NCBI GenBank assembly: GCA_049999805.1
Contig: JBNGIO010006236.1
Span: 264,558 to 328,100, forward strand
Reading direction: 5' to 3'
Source: Folioceros fuciformis
Lineage: Eukaryota
DNA: 63,543 nt
In this document: positions 11,072 to 24,300 of the stretch, in pieces
How the letters are laid out: each line of letters starts with the position of its first letter
Numbering within the stretch: position 1 is the stretch's first letter
Made by a program: the position numbers and the translations under genes
Notes under the pieces: generated by a model
The model's database searches: none
Told to the model about the DNA's origin: nothing
What the model saw: the letters and a program-made list of their open reading frames with translations, nothing else

Positions 11072-13144
11072 ATGACCGTCTTCTGCAGCGTTGGACATGG
11101 GTCTACCGTTAGATCTCCCACTGCCCTGACTCCAAGGGGCCGACAGTTGGTGCACAAGCAAGTCGGGAGGTGCAGTAGCAAGTGCGTCAGAACGAGCGTG
11201 GTGGAGCAGGGTTGCTGGGTGGATGGTTCTGATATTCACAGGTGCAGGCCTGGAAGCTGGCAAAATAGCGGGGTCTGCGTGACGGCTGAGACTGTGAGCA
11301 AGCTGTGCGAGCATGGCCATCTCGCCCAGGCGGTCGAGGCTTTGGAGATTCTGGTGGACACAAGCCGATGGGTTTCTAAGTCTCTGTTTTACACTCTTGT
11401 GAGGACATGTGTTGGCAAGAAGGATCTTGTGCTGGGTAGCCGCGTGCATGCTTTGGCTGTGAGGAAGGGGTATGAGTCGGACACGTTCTTGAGCAACCAT
11501 ATCATGCGGATGTATGCTTCTCATGGCAGGCTGCAGGATGCTATGCAGGTGCTCGAGGGTGTTGCCAGACCGGATGCCTTCACCTGGTCTGCCATCATTT
11601 CTGCGCATGTCAGGCATGGTCGAGACAGGCAGGCCATAGAACTGTATCAGCGGATGCGCAGGTCGGGTGTGAAGCCAGATGGGCATGTCTTTGCGGCAGC
11701 CCTTCAGGCTTGTGCAAGGGGAGAAGACTTGAAAGCCGGACAGCAGGTGCATTCTGATGTGCTGGCCAGCGGCATCGAGCCTGATGTGTTTGTTTGCAGT
11801 GGCTTGGTGGACATGTATGCGAAGTGTGGCAGCTTGGAAGATGCTCAGAGAGTGTTTGAAGGGCTGGCCGTGAAGAATGTGGTCACTTGGACGGCCATGA
11901 TAGCAGGATATGCCCAGAAAGGTATGGGGCGCCGAGCTCTGCGTCTGTACAATGCTATGAAAGCGGACGGCATGGCTGTGCCCGATTCTGTGACATTTGT
12001 GTGCCTCCTGCAGGCATGTGCTTGTGGGGGCACACCGGCGTTAAACGTGGGGAAGCAGCTTCACATTCAGATCAGAGAAGGGGGACTTGAAGGCGATGTG
12101 TTCGTGGTAAACAGTTTGGTGAGTATGTATGCAAGGTGTGGGAGGTTGGAAGACGCTCGGAGGCTGTTTGATGGAGCTAGGCAAAGAAATCTGGCGTCGT
12201 GGAATGCCATGATAGCTGCATACTCCCAGCAGGGTATGGGCCAGGAAGCCCTTCGTCTTTACAGTGTCATGGTAGAGGATGGCATGACTACACCCAATTC
12301 CATCACATTTGTGTGCCTCCTGCAGGCATGTGCAAATGTGGCAGCTCTGCATTTGGGAAGGCAGCTGCATGGACAAATTGTGCAACAGGGGCTTGAGGCA
12401 GAGGTGCTTGTAGCTGGCAGTTTAATCAACATGTATGGAAAGTGTGGGAGCATGGTGGAAGCACAACAGGTGTTTGATCAAATGCGCGAGAAGAATGTTG
12501 TCGCCTGGAGTGCTCTGATTGCAGGCTACACCTGCCAAGGAGAGAGTGAAGTGATTTTCGATTTGGTCCAGAGCATGAGGGAGGATGGCATAGACCCAGA
12601 CGGCGTCACATTCCTCAGCGTGTTGACAGTATGCAGCCATGTGGGTCAAGTGACAAAGGGATGGGAATACTTTGAGGCCATGCACAGTCAACATGGCATA
12701 ACTCCTACAGTCGACCATTACACTTGCATGGTGGATCTCCTGGGGCGTGCAGGGCAAGTGGGTGAGGCAATGGCTTTGGTAAGGTCCATGCCAGTTTCAC
12801 CTAATGCTGCAGTTTGGCACGCCCTGTTGGGCGCTTGTCGAATATGGGGCAATGTGGAGGTCGGACTCCATGCTTTTCATGCAGCAGTGAAGCTGGATGA
12901 GGAAGATGCCACAGCTTATGCCATGATGTGGAACATATACATCGGTGCCGAGATGTGGGAGCACGCACATGCGATGCAGGTAAGGAGAAAAGGACTCAGG
13001 TCAATGAAGCTGCCAGGGCAGAGTTGGTGGACAGACAAGGAGGGACTGGTGCATAGTTTTCTAGTTGGGGATGAAAAGCTGCCCGGAAGCTCACCAGCGG
13101 TGTATGCTCAGCTCGTGGCTCAACATATGGTGATTGGCCCGTGA
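11072..13144 (+). CDS. PLS-class PPR protein (about 14 P/L/S motifs + E1 + E2 + truncated WW-type DYW N-terminus); putative organellar RNA-editing factor
   Basis: Regular P-L-S triplets, P2-L2-S2 (VTFLSVLTVCSHVG, HYTCMVDLLGRAG), E1 (VWHALLGACRIWGN), E2 and PGQSWWTDKEGLVHSFLVGD, then a stop. The N-terminus resembles a targeting peptide. Confidence 0.93.
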   Translation: MTVFCSVGHGSTVRSPTALTPRGRQLVHKQVGRCSSKCVRTSVVEQGCWVDGSDIHRCRPGSWQNSGVCVTAETVSKLCEHGHLAQAVEALEILVDTSRWVSKSLFYTLVRTCVGKKDLVLGSRVHALAVRKGYESDTFLSNHIMRMYASHGRLQDAMQVLEGVARPDAFTWSAIISAHVRHGRDRQAIELYQRMRRSGVKPDGHVFAAALQACARGEDLKAGQQVHSDVLASGIEPDVFVCSGLVDMYAKCGSLEDAQRVFEGLAVKNVVTWTAMIAGYAQKGMGRRALRLYNAMKADGMAVPDSVTFVCLLQACACGGTPALNVGKQLHIQIREGGLEGDVFVVNSLVSMYARCGRLEDARRLFDGARQRNLASWNAMIAAYSQQGMGQEALRLYSVMVEDGMTTPNSITFVCLLQACANVAALHLGRQLHGQIVQQGLEAEVLVAGSLINMYGKCGSMVEAQQVFDQMREKNVVAWSALIAGYTCQGESEVIFDLVQSMREDGIDPDGVTFLSVLTVCSHVGQVTKGWEYFEAMHSQHGITPTVDHYTCMVDLLGRAGQVGEAMALVRSMPVSPNAAVWHALLGACRIWGNVEVGLHAFHAAVKLDEEDATAYAMMWNIYIGAEMWEHAHAMQVRRKGLRSMKLPGQSWWTDKEGLVHSFLVGDEKLPGSSPAVYAQLVAQHMVIGP

Positions 13145-13763
13145 TGCCTCTTGATATGCCGTATCGAATGAACATTGGCCACCAGGAATCCATGTAACAC
13201 GAACGTTACAAAATCTTATGTCTCAGGGTTCCGGTGCGGATTTTAATAAGCCTGTAATAATATATTCGATTTTCTCTTGAAAATGTACGGTTCTTGTTTC
13301 TTACTCGTGTTGCGGGGAGTTTCGTGCCTAATTTGAAAATGCTTGGAATTTTGCGGAATAGGGGTTGTGTACTCGTGAAATATTGACTACACATTTCTAG
13401 GTTGGTAGTCTCAATAGTTTTATACATAATAAATATTATTAAAAATTATTTATATTCTAATTAATATTATAAAATATATGAATATAAATATCAACAATTT
13501 TTATTATCTAAAAATATGAAAGAAATAGCTTTCTCCTTCACTTGGGATCAATATCTCCTCCTTATCCTTACAACTTCCAATTATGGCCTTTGGTAAGCCT
13601 CGGAGTTCCTACAAATTAGATCTTATAATCTAAAATAATCACTATAACCTCAAGTTGCAAAAGAAATAAAACTGAAAAACCTAGCCTTGAAATTCATTGT
13701 AGTTGATGTACGTCCTTAAAACTTGGTGAAAAACAAATATTGAACTATTTCATCTAAAGGAGC

Positions 13764-13925
13764 CATAGTAGTAGTAGTGCATATATATATATAGGTGCAT
13801 GTAGTAGTAGTAGTATATATATAGGTGCACATAGTAGTAGTGTATATATATATAGGCGTACATAGTAGTAGTGTATATATACAGGCACATGAAGTAGTAA
13901 TAGTGTATATATATATATATGTATG
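13764..13925. repeat. Degenerate ~30 bp tandem repeat built from (GTA)n and (TA)n tracts
   Basis: About five units of cat(a)gtagtagtagtg.atatatatataggtg/ca. Confidence 0.8.
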
Positions 13926-15246
13926 CGCGCCTCTGCCTAAGAGCAACTCAATGACAATGATCTTCAAGTGATTAATAGCAATTGCCAAATTACAATAATC
14001 ATGTAGTTTATTATTTATTTGTGATAAATCATATATATTTGTTCCCCTCAAAAGGACTTCAAGCCTTGGGTGTTCATGTGAGACCTCTTGATTTTTGTTC
14101 ATAGGCGTTCCTATGGGGCCTCCTAATTTTGTTCATAGGTTTGTGGATGTAGTGTTGGATGAAGATTTGGCTCATATCATGGACCTCTCACAAATCGGTG
14201 ACCCTTAATTTGCTATCCTTTCTTCCTAGTTTGTGCAGCATCCAAGTTATCTCACTAGAATTGTTGTGCTTTCTCGAGTTTCTTATCAAGTCTCATGAAG
14301 TTGAACAATCAAGTCATGTAGGTTCTTGGGGTCATCATAGGTCCCAACTCCTTCGAGTATGTCATCGGTGATTTGGGTCGAAAGCAAGCTTCCTTATTGG
14401 CACCCTTTGGAGGGAGGGGGTTGGCCTTCTGGCCATGGAGGCCTCTACCCCAACTTCCTTTCTCAGTAGTTGGGCTCTTTTGGCTCCAATTTTGGCCTCT
14501 CATTTTTTACTGCAAGATTCTCTTCTTCTTGAAGGTTTTATCTCTTGTATTGAGGAGGGAGTTCTCCCTTTGTAAGCATCTCTTAGGCAAGTGAGGGACT
14601 CTTTACCTTTGAAGGCTCGTGAGTCTCTACTTCCTTTCCCCTCTTCTTTTAAGGAAGAATGCAAGGGTCTTTAGGCCTCCCTATTCGAAAAGCAATATGG
14701 CCAAGCGCTAAAAGTACTTCTTTCAGATTCATCCATCCCTAGTGCTTCTCGGGTTCATATTCACTCTTGTTCAGGTAAATGGGCGGGTTTCTTGGCTTTT
14801 GGCTCGACCTTGCATCCAGGTGTTTCAAATCGCACTAGCAACTTTTGCCACTGCAATGAGATTTTCCTTAGGTTTGGTCCACCCCTTGGCTTTTTCTCTC
14901 TCTACGTGCAGTTGAGGGGTTGCCATTTTCGACACAGGGTCCCATCTGGCATGTTGTTCCATTACACATTGTCACTCATGATGCAGTTTAAGATATTACG
15001 TTCTCAATACTAGGGAGTGTGAGTTTCTTCTATAAAGGGAGCATTCATATACTTTGCGCAACAAGGTTTCACTTAGAGCAAACTTTTTTTTTTCATTAGG
15101 GGGGAATAAGTATGTGTCGATGATGTGGTTCATACTGATGCCACTAGGAATTCAATTTGTGAGCATGTCGTCATCAACTCGTTGGATGTGTAGCGGAGGG
15201 TTGTGCAAGCGCCAAAGTCCATAAGTATTTTCCCTCGCAAGCCAGA

Positions 15247-15330
15247 CATATTTTCATCCTCCTTCCTCTTGAGATTCATGGGGCCATGGGCAAGGACTTG
15301 TCAAGCTTCATCAAGGAGTGCAGAAAGGTA
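15247..15330 (+). repeat. Dispersed repeat with an inverted copy at ~36250-36335
   Basis: ttttcatcc....ggggccatgggcaaggactt.tcaag here matches the reverse complement of cttgaaaagtccttgcccatggcccc....ggatgaaaa at ~36277-36330. Confidence 0.7.
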
Positions 15331-15379
15331 TGTAAAAGTCGTTGGAATGGGTTCTTCCTCTTTCCTCTGTCCTCTATGT

Positions 15380-15612
15380 TAGCCTTTTTTCTGACAATAT
15401 TTGACAATGCATATCTATTGCTTTGCAAAGAGCATTGGCTAAAGCGGTTTTTAAAAATAACAATAAGTGCAAGTTAAGCAGCTTTTCAGCACTTGTGGTA
15501 AGTAAGTAGGCCTTTCCTTATTCTATGCGAAGATAGTGGGGTTGTTCCTCATCTATCTTTCGAGAAAATAAGTCTTTCCATCTCCTTTTTTTAATGATAA
15601 GAAATAACTTAT
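15380..15612 (+). repeat. Dispersed AT-rich repeat, copy B
   Basis: atatctattgctttgca, aagcagcttttc.gcac, gtaggcctt..ttattc, ttgttcctc and ctttccatctcctttttttaat occur in the same order as in copy A. Confidence 0.65.
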
Positions 15613-15939
15613 GTTTTTGCGCACCGTCGAAGGATTCTCTCTCGCCCTATGCGAAGGTTTTCCTAACTAAAGGAGGTTTCTCTCTCGCTCGATGCGAATG
15701 CCATACACGAGTTTGTGCATCAAAATAGTGGGTCAGTATTAAAATGAAAGTACGACTTTCACGTCTTGGAGTCACTCTGAAGGATGAAGCGGCTCCTAAA
15801 CTCCGTCGACTCAGTTTTCATCACGGTATCCTAGAATCGTGAGCCGAGCCCCGTGCAGAATTATACGCGGGCCTCCAGTCTGATCTCGCCCAAAGCGAAG
15901 GCTATTGGGCTTCGAAGCTACTCGGAAGCCCCCTAACGT

Positions 15940-18125
<2,186 letters not shown>

Positions 18126-18339
18126 GCAGAGCAATCAGCAATGTGGTTTGGTTGTTACGCAGTCAAGTGCATATGCTGCCGTGCAATGCGAGCCCCAACG
18201 TCCATGCATAGTACTCGTGCATTCAAGGGGAAGAAAGGGCCGGCCTATTGCCCTCCGCTCGATGGAGCAATTAGCTATACAGCTTAGTTAGAATGCAGTT
18301 GTCGAGTAGTGTTGTGCGCACACTTTGCACAGCGTCATT

Positions 18340-21300
18340 CTAATCAGCTAACTGGCAAAGTAACGCAACCCCTTGCAGTACCCAAAAATCAGGTGCAGTT
18401 TTGGGGTCAACTACAAAGCTGACTAAGAGAATAAAATTGGACGAAGCACCGGTTGTTGTCAGAACTCCAGCTCTCACATGTGTCTTGTAGAGTGGACACT
18501 GATATTCATCTTCAGGAGGCTTATAATTCACAATTGGAATGAAGTGAACAACTGGCAACCTTGAGTACATCTCACCTGACAAGCAAGCAGTGGTATTACG
18601 GTTTCCATACAGCTCACAGACTCCTTACCGCGGCCAAAGAATTAAATTGGCTGGCTTACCCGGATTGGCTTCAGCCAAGCACTTACGCCTCCGATCCCAT
18701 CTGGCTCCGTCAATGTAAAGCCCGCTGATAAACAGGCCATCGTCTGGAGCGAGGTCGACATCTTCGTCGTTTTCCATTGGCAGCACCTTGAAACCGAAAT
18801 TCAGTGTATCTATGGGTATCTTATATTTCCGCGCATGGTTTTGCAATGCACCTGTCATAAAACCCTGAAATCGCAGTGGGACCCCTGTTAGACGTAGCTT
18901 CTTGAGAATGGAGCCGCTGATTCTCGGAACTTGGCTAGCCTTCTCACCTGAGGAAAAAAGAAGCCCGGCAACCAAAAACTCTTAGGCTCTCCTTCTTTGA
19001 TCCATTTGGCGAAGAACGCCATCCGCCTATGGAAATCCTTCACCCACGACGAAAGGGGTTTCAACGATGGATACGCCACCGCCGTCCACAATGCAGGTAT
19101 TTGGTTGTTCAGGAAGTTGTGGAACATGCTCTCCAAATCCGCTGACATGACCACCAACCCCTTGATGGCTTTCTGGAGTTCAATTAGGGTGATGCGGATC
19201 CTATTGAGGAGCCGGTTAAACCTTTCAGATTCCTGCACTCCACAAACCAGTCATACATCTGTAAGTATGAGGACCCTCTTGTGTGCGTAAGTAAGGGAAC
19301 GTCTTCGGAGCTGTACCTGAAAGAGCACAGTTGTCAAAGAGCTCACTGCTCCACTTGGCCCTATCACGTTTGCCTGCTTCGACTCTTCGGGTCGCAAAGG
19401 GGCAGGAAGGTCTGCGAGGATCTTAGCTGCTAGTTCAGCTACAATCTCGTCTGAGCTCTTACCCCCCTTTGATGAGCTCATTCGAGGCTGCATACTCAGA
19501 ACTGTGTTGATGATTTTCTGAGTTTCTTGGAGCTGAAATGTGAGATTTGCATTTTCATGCATCCCAAAAACATCAGGAGCTTCTGACGTAGGGAGACTTC
19601 TGATATAGTCCACATACGATGAATAGGGGCCTTCTGGAGGGGAAACATATATACCGGAGGACGTGAAAGGATGCAGATCTTTCAGAACCTCGACGTCATA
19701 GAAATGGCGTAGGGTGCTCATGAGGCACCTCCGATCCAGATCGTCTGTCACTCTTCCACCATAATTAATTTCACCTGGATTTCCACTGCTGTGAGTACAA
19801 TCTGATGTGTTTCCGAGTGTTAATTGAAGTGGGATACTCTTCCGTGATAAACATGTTTGATCCGTTTTTTTGCTTACCTGTGACATACAGGAGAGCTGGC
19901 CAAGGGATTTCTGGCTGCTCCTCCAGAAACATGTGAAGAGTTTGAAGGGCACACTCGAGATCACTACTGTTGAAGTCATACTTCACATTCCATCCGAGAG
20001 GACCGTATTTTCGCCTTTCCTGGATGACTGAGATGACACAGGGTTTTGACATGAGGACAACAAGACGACCGTCAAAGAAGCACATGAGCGTGAAGACGGT
20101 GGGCAGAAAGCAGTCATCCAAAAATATACCTGCATGGAAAAAAGAAATGCTGAAGACCAGTTTCTTCCAAGTTGTCAGCTTGGTGCATTCCTCCAGAAAC
20201 GAGACAGAAATATTCGCATATGATTGCAACAGGTTAGCTCGCACCCCTTTTGGTGGCTCGTTAGTGATCTTAATGCCATTCTGTGAAAGGAAATCTTTCC
20301 AGGGTTAGGAAGATGTGTAGATAGACTGTCCAACCTACAATTTCAGCAAGGCATGCATGGTGCATGATGAGCGAAACGTATGAGGGTTAATAGCTCATAC
20401 CTGTAACACTGGGATCGGAAAGTCACTGGACGGGAACGACGTCAGCCAAAGACGAAATTCTGGATGGATTTCTGCTGCCTCAGGAATAAATTTCTCGATA
20501 ATCCTTTCCATGGTCGGCATCCATGATTTTGCTAGATGACAGTTCTGAAGACAGACCCAGTCCCCTGTCTTCCTTGATTTGGAGACCAGCGTCTCTGCTA
20601 TGGGCCCTTGACCCTGACCTAATGAGATCATATGCAGCTTTTCTCCGGGTTTCTTGTCTACTTTCTCCCCGAATCTTTGGAGCATTCCCGTTGGATCAGC
20701 TCCTGTTGTCAGAATGAATATTACGGGGGTAGTATTTGTTGTATCCTTGAAGACTTCTTCGAGCTGCAAAGGAGTGCTTCCAATGAAGTGGGGTCCTAGT
20801 TTGGCCTTAATGAACTCCTCACATCCAAAAATAAACTTCTCCTCTCTCATTATCCGAAGCATTATCAACCGCTGGAAAGGATCAACAGCATCCTGCCACT
20901 TAGAGGGGAGAGCCATAAGATGTGGCTCCGGACATCTAAAGAATTCCTTCCAAGCACTAGGATGTTGGGCAAAATCTGCAGCAAGTCCTGTAAAAGTTTC
21001 AGGTGTAAGCTCCTCGAGGGCACAAATATGATTCCAAACATGGGCGGTTATCCACTCTGGAGCTGGATTTGGGGGTCTGTCATCTGGTGCTGGCATGCCC
21101 GCTGTCCCCACGAGGAAGAAGCTCCATTCAGATTGCCGGATCTCACCAGCTGCCCTCAGTATAGCTGTGCACATTAGAAAAGCAAAGGTGATTTTATGTT
21201 GCTCGAAAAGGCCTCTGCTAACACTGGAGTACAGGAACTCAGTTATACACACGATCATGTTATTTAGCCTGGTTGCCAAATCATCTGACCGCTCACTTAT

Positions 21301-24300
21301 GTCAATGCAGTGATTGAAAAGTTGGCTGAAGAAAGTTAGGGAGTACTGATACATAGGATCCACGAGGGCCAGGTCTGAAATTACAAAATACAAAATCGAC
21401 CCACGATAGGCAACAATTCTGTACAGCTCTCGTGCGGATGTTATCTCTTTCTCAGTTATTTCTGCCTGCTTCACTCTTGCCGAGATGACAGTTGAGGTCG
21501 TTTTAGAGTTGTTCAGTGTGTTGATCAGCACTTCATCATCCAAAATGTTGCCTTCACTTTCTTTCAGAAGTTTCAAAATCTTGTCTTCCAGATCCTTAAG
21601 TTGCTTCTTGTCACTACTTATGCTCACCACAAGCCTATCATTTTGTTCTTCAAGATCAGCTCTTTCTTTCCTCACGACATCCCCCAAAAGCTGGTCCTCT
21701 AGGCCCTTGGCCGTTACAGTGAAGTTAACTAAAGTCACCTTGATGCAAACCTCTGGTAGGTAATGTGGATTCGACATCTTGCTTGTCATATATAATTTAA
21801 AGTTCATGTCATAGTCAACATCCGTGTCACCTAGACGTATCAGCCACCGGCCCTTCTTTTCAAATATCTGCAGAATTCACGCCGAAAAAGAGAAAAGAAT
21901 GCTGTGACAACAAAACTTCACGCGATATCGATAGACAGGTGCATGCATCGGTTGATTGATGTCCTAACCTGTTTCTGAAGAATAGGTTCCAAAGCTGGGT
22001 CCAGAACATCCCCAATCTCTTCCAAGAGAACTGGATTTCCAATTCGAATGCTGCTCTCCAGCGTCCTTAGAAGGTTACCATCTGTAAGTCTGACTACCCG
22101 TAGGCCATTTTTGGATTCCATAGCCTTGATCCAACTATTTGCCTGTCCTTGGGGGTCTATCATCAAGGGCCACCTCTTTCCACGGGTAACCAGGATGCCA
22201 TTGTCTACAGATACGTCATCAATTGGGAGACCCCATATGCTCCACTCACGGACCTCGACAGGTGATGCCAAAATTCCCCGTAAGCTACAATTATCTGAAA
22301 CAGGAATGGCCTGTGCCTAAAAGTTTGAAGTTTGACAAATGGGTCGTTAGAAATGACCCTCTAGTGTTTGGTGGCAGCAAATGTGGTACAGAAGTGATGG
22401 AATAGCAGAGGAGTTTCACGAAATCTGTACCTTACACTCCGCAATCCAACCATCTAAGAGGACTTTGCGATATGGTCCCGAGAAAGCACCGTAGTACGAT
22501 ATACAGGCAGCACACAAGAAAACATCTCCCACAAGTAACAATTTGCGTTCACCAATCTCCTTGGCCGTTGCTCTCCACCGTACCTGTTGCACAGCATGTG
22601 TGGCCCTTATTATTATGGCATTGTCTTGGAGTACTTCACTTGGAAAGTTGTGAGGCATTCAACGTTAGGCAAAAAATGGGACAAGACGCACAGCTTCATC
22701 TCCAAGAGCGGAGGTAAGTTTTCCGGCCCGAATAAGGCGATTTTCAGTGAGTTGAGCTTGCTGCTGAAGACTGCGTTGATCAGCTTCCACAATCTCCAGA
22801 TTCTTCTTCAATTTCTCCACCTTTTCCTCCACTGCCCGAAGTTGCTCCTGCTTCGCAGCAAGATTTTCTGATGCCTCTTTTAAGGCTGCTTCTGCCTTTC
22901 TCAACACCTGTTTCATACCCAAAATGTATGCCACCACTGCAGTCAAATAACAAACTGCAAGAAGGAGAGCATGAAGGACAAGTTGAAATGGTAGTCCTCC
23001 ACTAGTCATACTCATCACCTTCGTTCTAATGCTTATTTCATTAGAGGGCTTCACATGCATCAAACTTTAGTGAACAGCGAGCAGACAGGAACCTCTTTTT
23101 TAGGTGCAACAACTTTGTTGACATTTGCATAGACATCCATGGCTCGGACCCACATACAAAGACTGGTGGCAGCAGCACTCTGCTTCTGAACGATCTCTGG
23201 CGAAAAATTGGGATCCATAATATACTTTTGAAGCTTCTTCTGAATGAGTGGAGTAATCGAGTCTTTGTCATAGTCCACGAGACGCTTGATAAACGACACA
23301 TCTCCCATGATCTGCAAGCAAAGAGTGATTCTTTGAATCCAGGACTATTCCTTGTGGCACGACTCCAAACAAAGTACGAAGCCAGCAACCCAACCTTTTT
23401 TGCAGCATCCCATTCAGGTTTCTCTCCCAGGAGCACACAAACAGCCTCCATTGTCATGAGTACGAGTGCTGGTGGAGTCTTGAAAGACTTGACTTCTGTG
23501 ATATCACTCTTGCTCAATGCATTTAGAGCTTCCACAGCAGCATTCAAAGCAGGCATGGCTTGTTCAAGGTCTTTAAGTGCATCATCCTTAATAAGCTGTG
23601 TGTTGGCTGCCTGCACTTTAACCTGTGCCTCTTCTGTTTCTACAGTACTTTTCACCTGCACATGTGGAAACAAGTATGCTTAATCTCACAAGCCCCCGCT
23701 GTTGGCAGCATTATGGAATGGCAAAAGCCAGAAGTTGTTGGAGTATATGATCTACACCTTCTCAGCAGCTTCTTGGTCGCTTGCAACTTGGGCAACAAGT
23801 TTGTCAGTTATCTCTGCTTTCTCTTTCAGTATTGGCTGCAACTTGCCAAGTTCAATCTGTACACATGGTCAAACTGCGGTAGTCAGTGTTCTGTGCAAAA
23901 GATACTGCAGGGATTTGTACTAAAGATGGTAAACTGTTGGATCCTAAAATGGAGCGCTACCACTATGTTAACGAGTACCTTCATGCTATCAATCAAAATG
24001 TTGGTTTCCTTTAATTTCTGCAATCCATTCATGAAGCGATCTTGTGCCATGTCCATCTCCTTTCGCTTCTCTTCCAGCAATTGAATGTAAAGATTTACGC
24101 AATCAAGATAAGACTTAGGAGTGATGTAATACTTTCTGCGAAGTTCCATGTAGAACTTGTCAGCAGCCAGGCCAACAGATGTGTGAATTCCTACACACAT
24201 CTTTGCTATCTTCTTCTTCACCTGCGCAGCCCGTTAGTACAGTTTCAGTCAGAGAGAAAGCCAAGCTGCCGCCAGAAATGCTACACAAAGTGGTTAATGC

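Noticed and set aside
11015-11752. 245 aa - strand ORF
   Set aside because: Shadow of the PPR gene.
13716-14102. 128 aa ORF with TTT/YIY repeats
   Set aside because: Translation of a microsatellite-derived tandem repeat.
14100-15240. Possible decayed retroelement coding sequence
   Set aside because: No diagnostic motif could be read in any frame; left unassigned.
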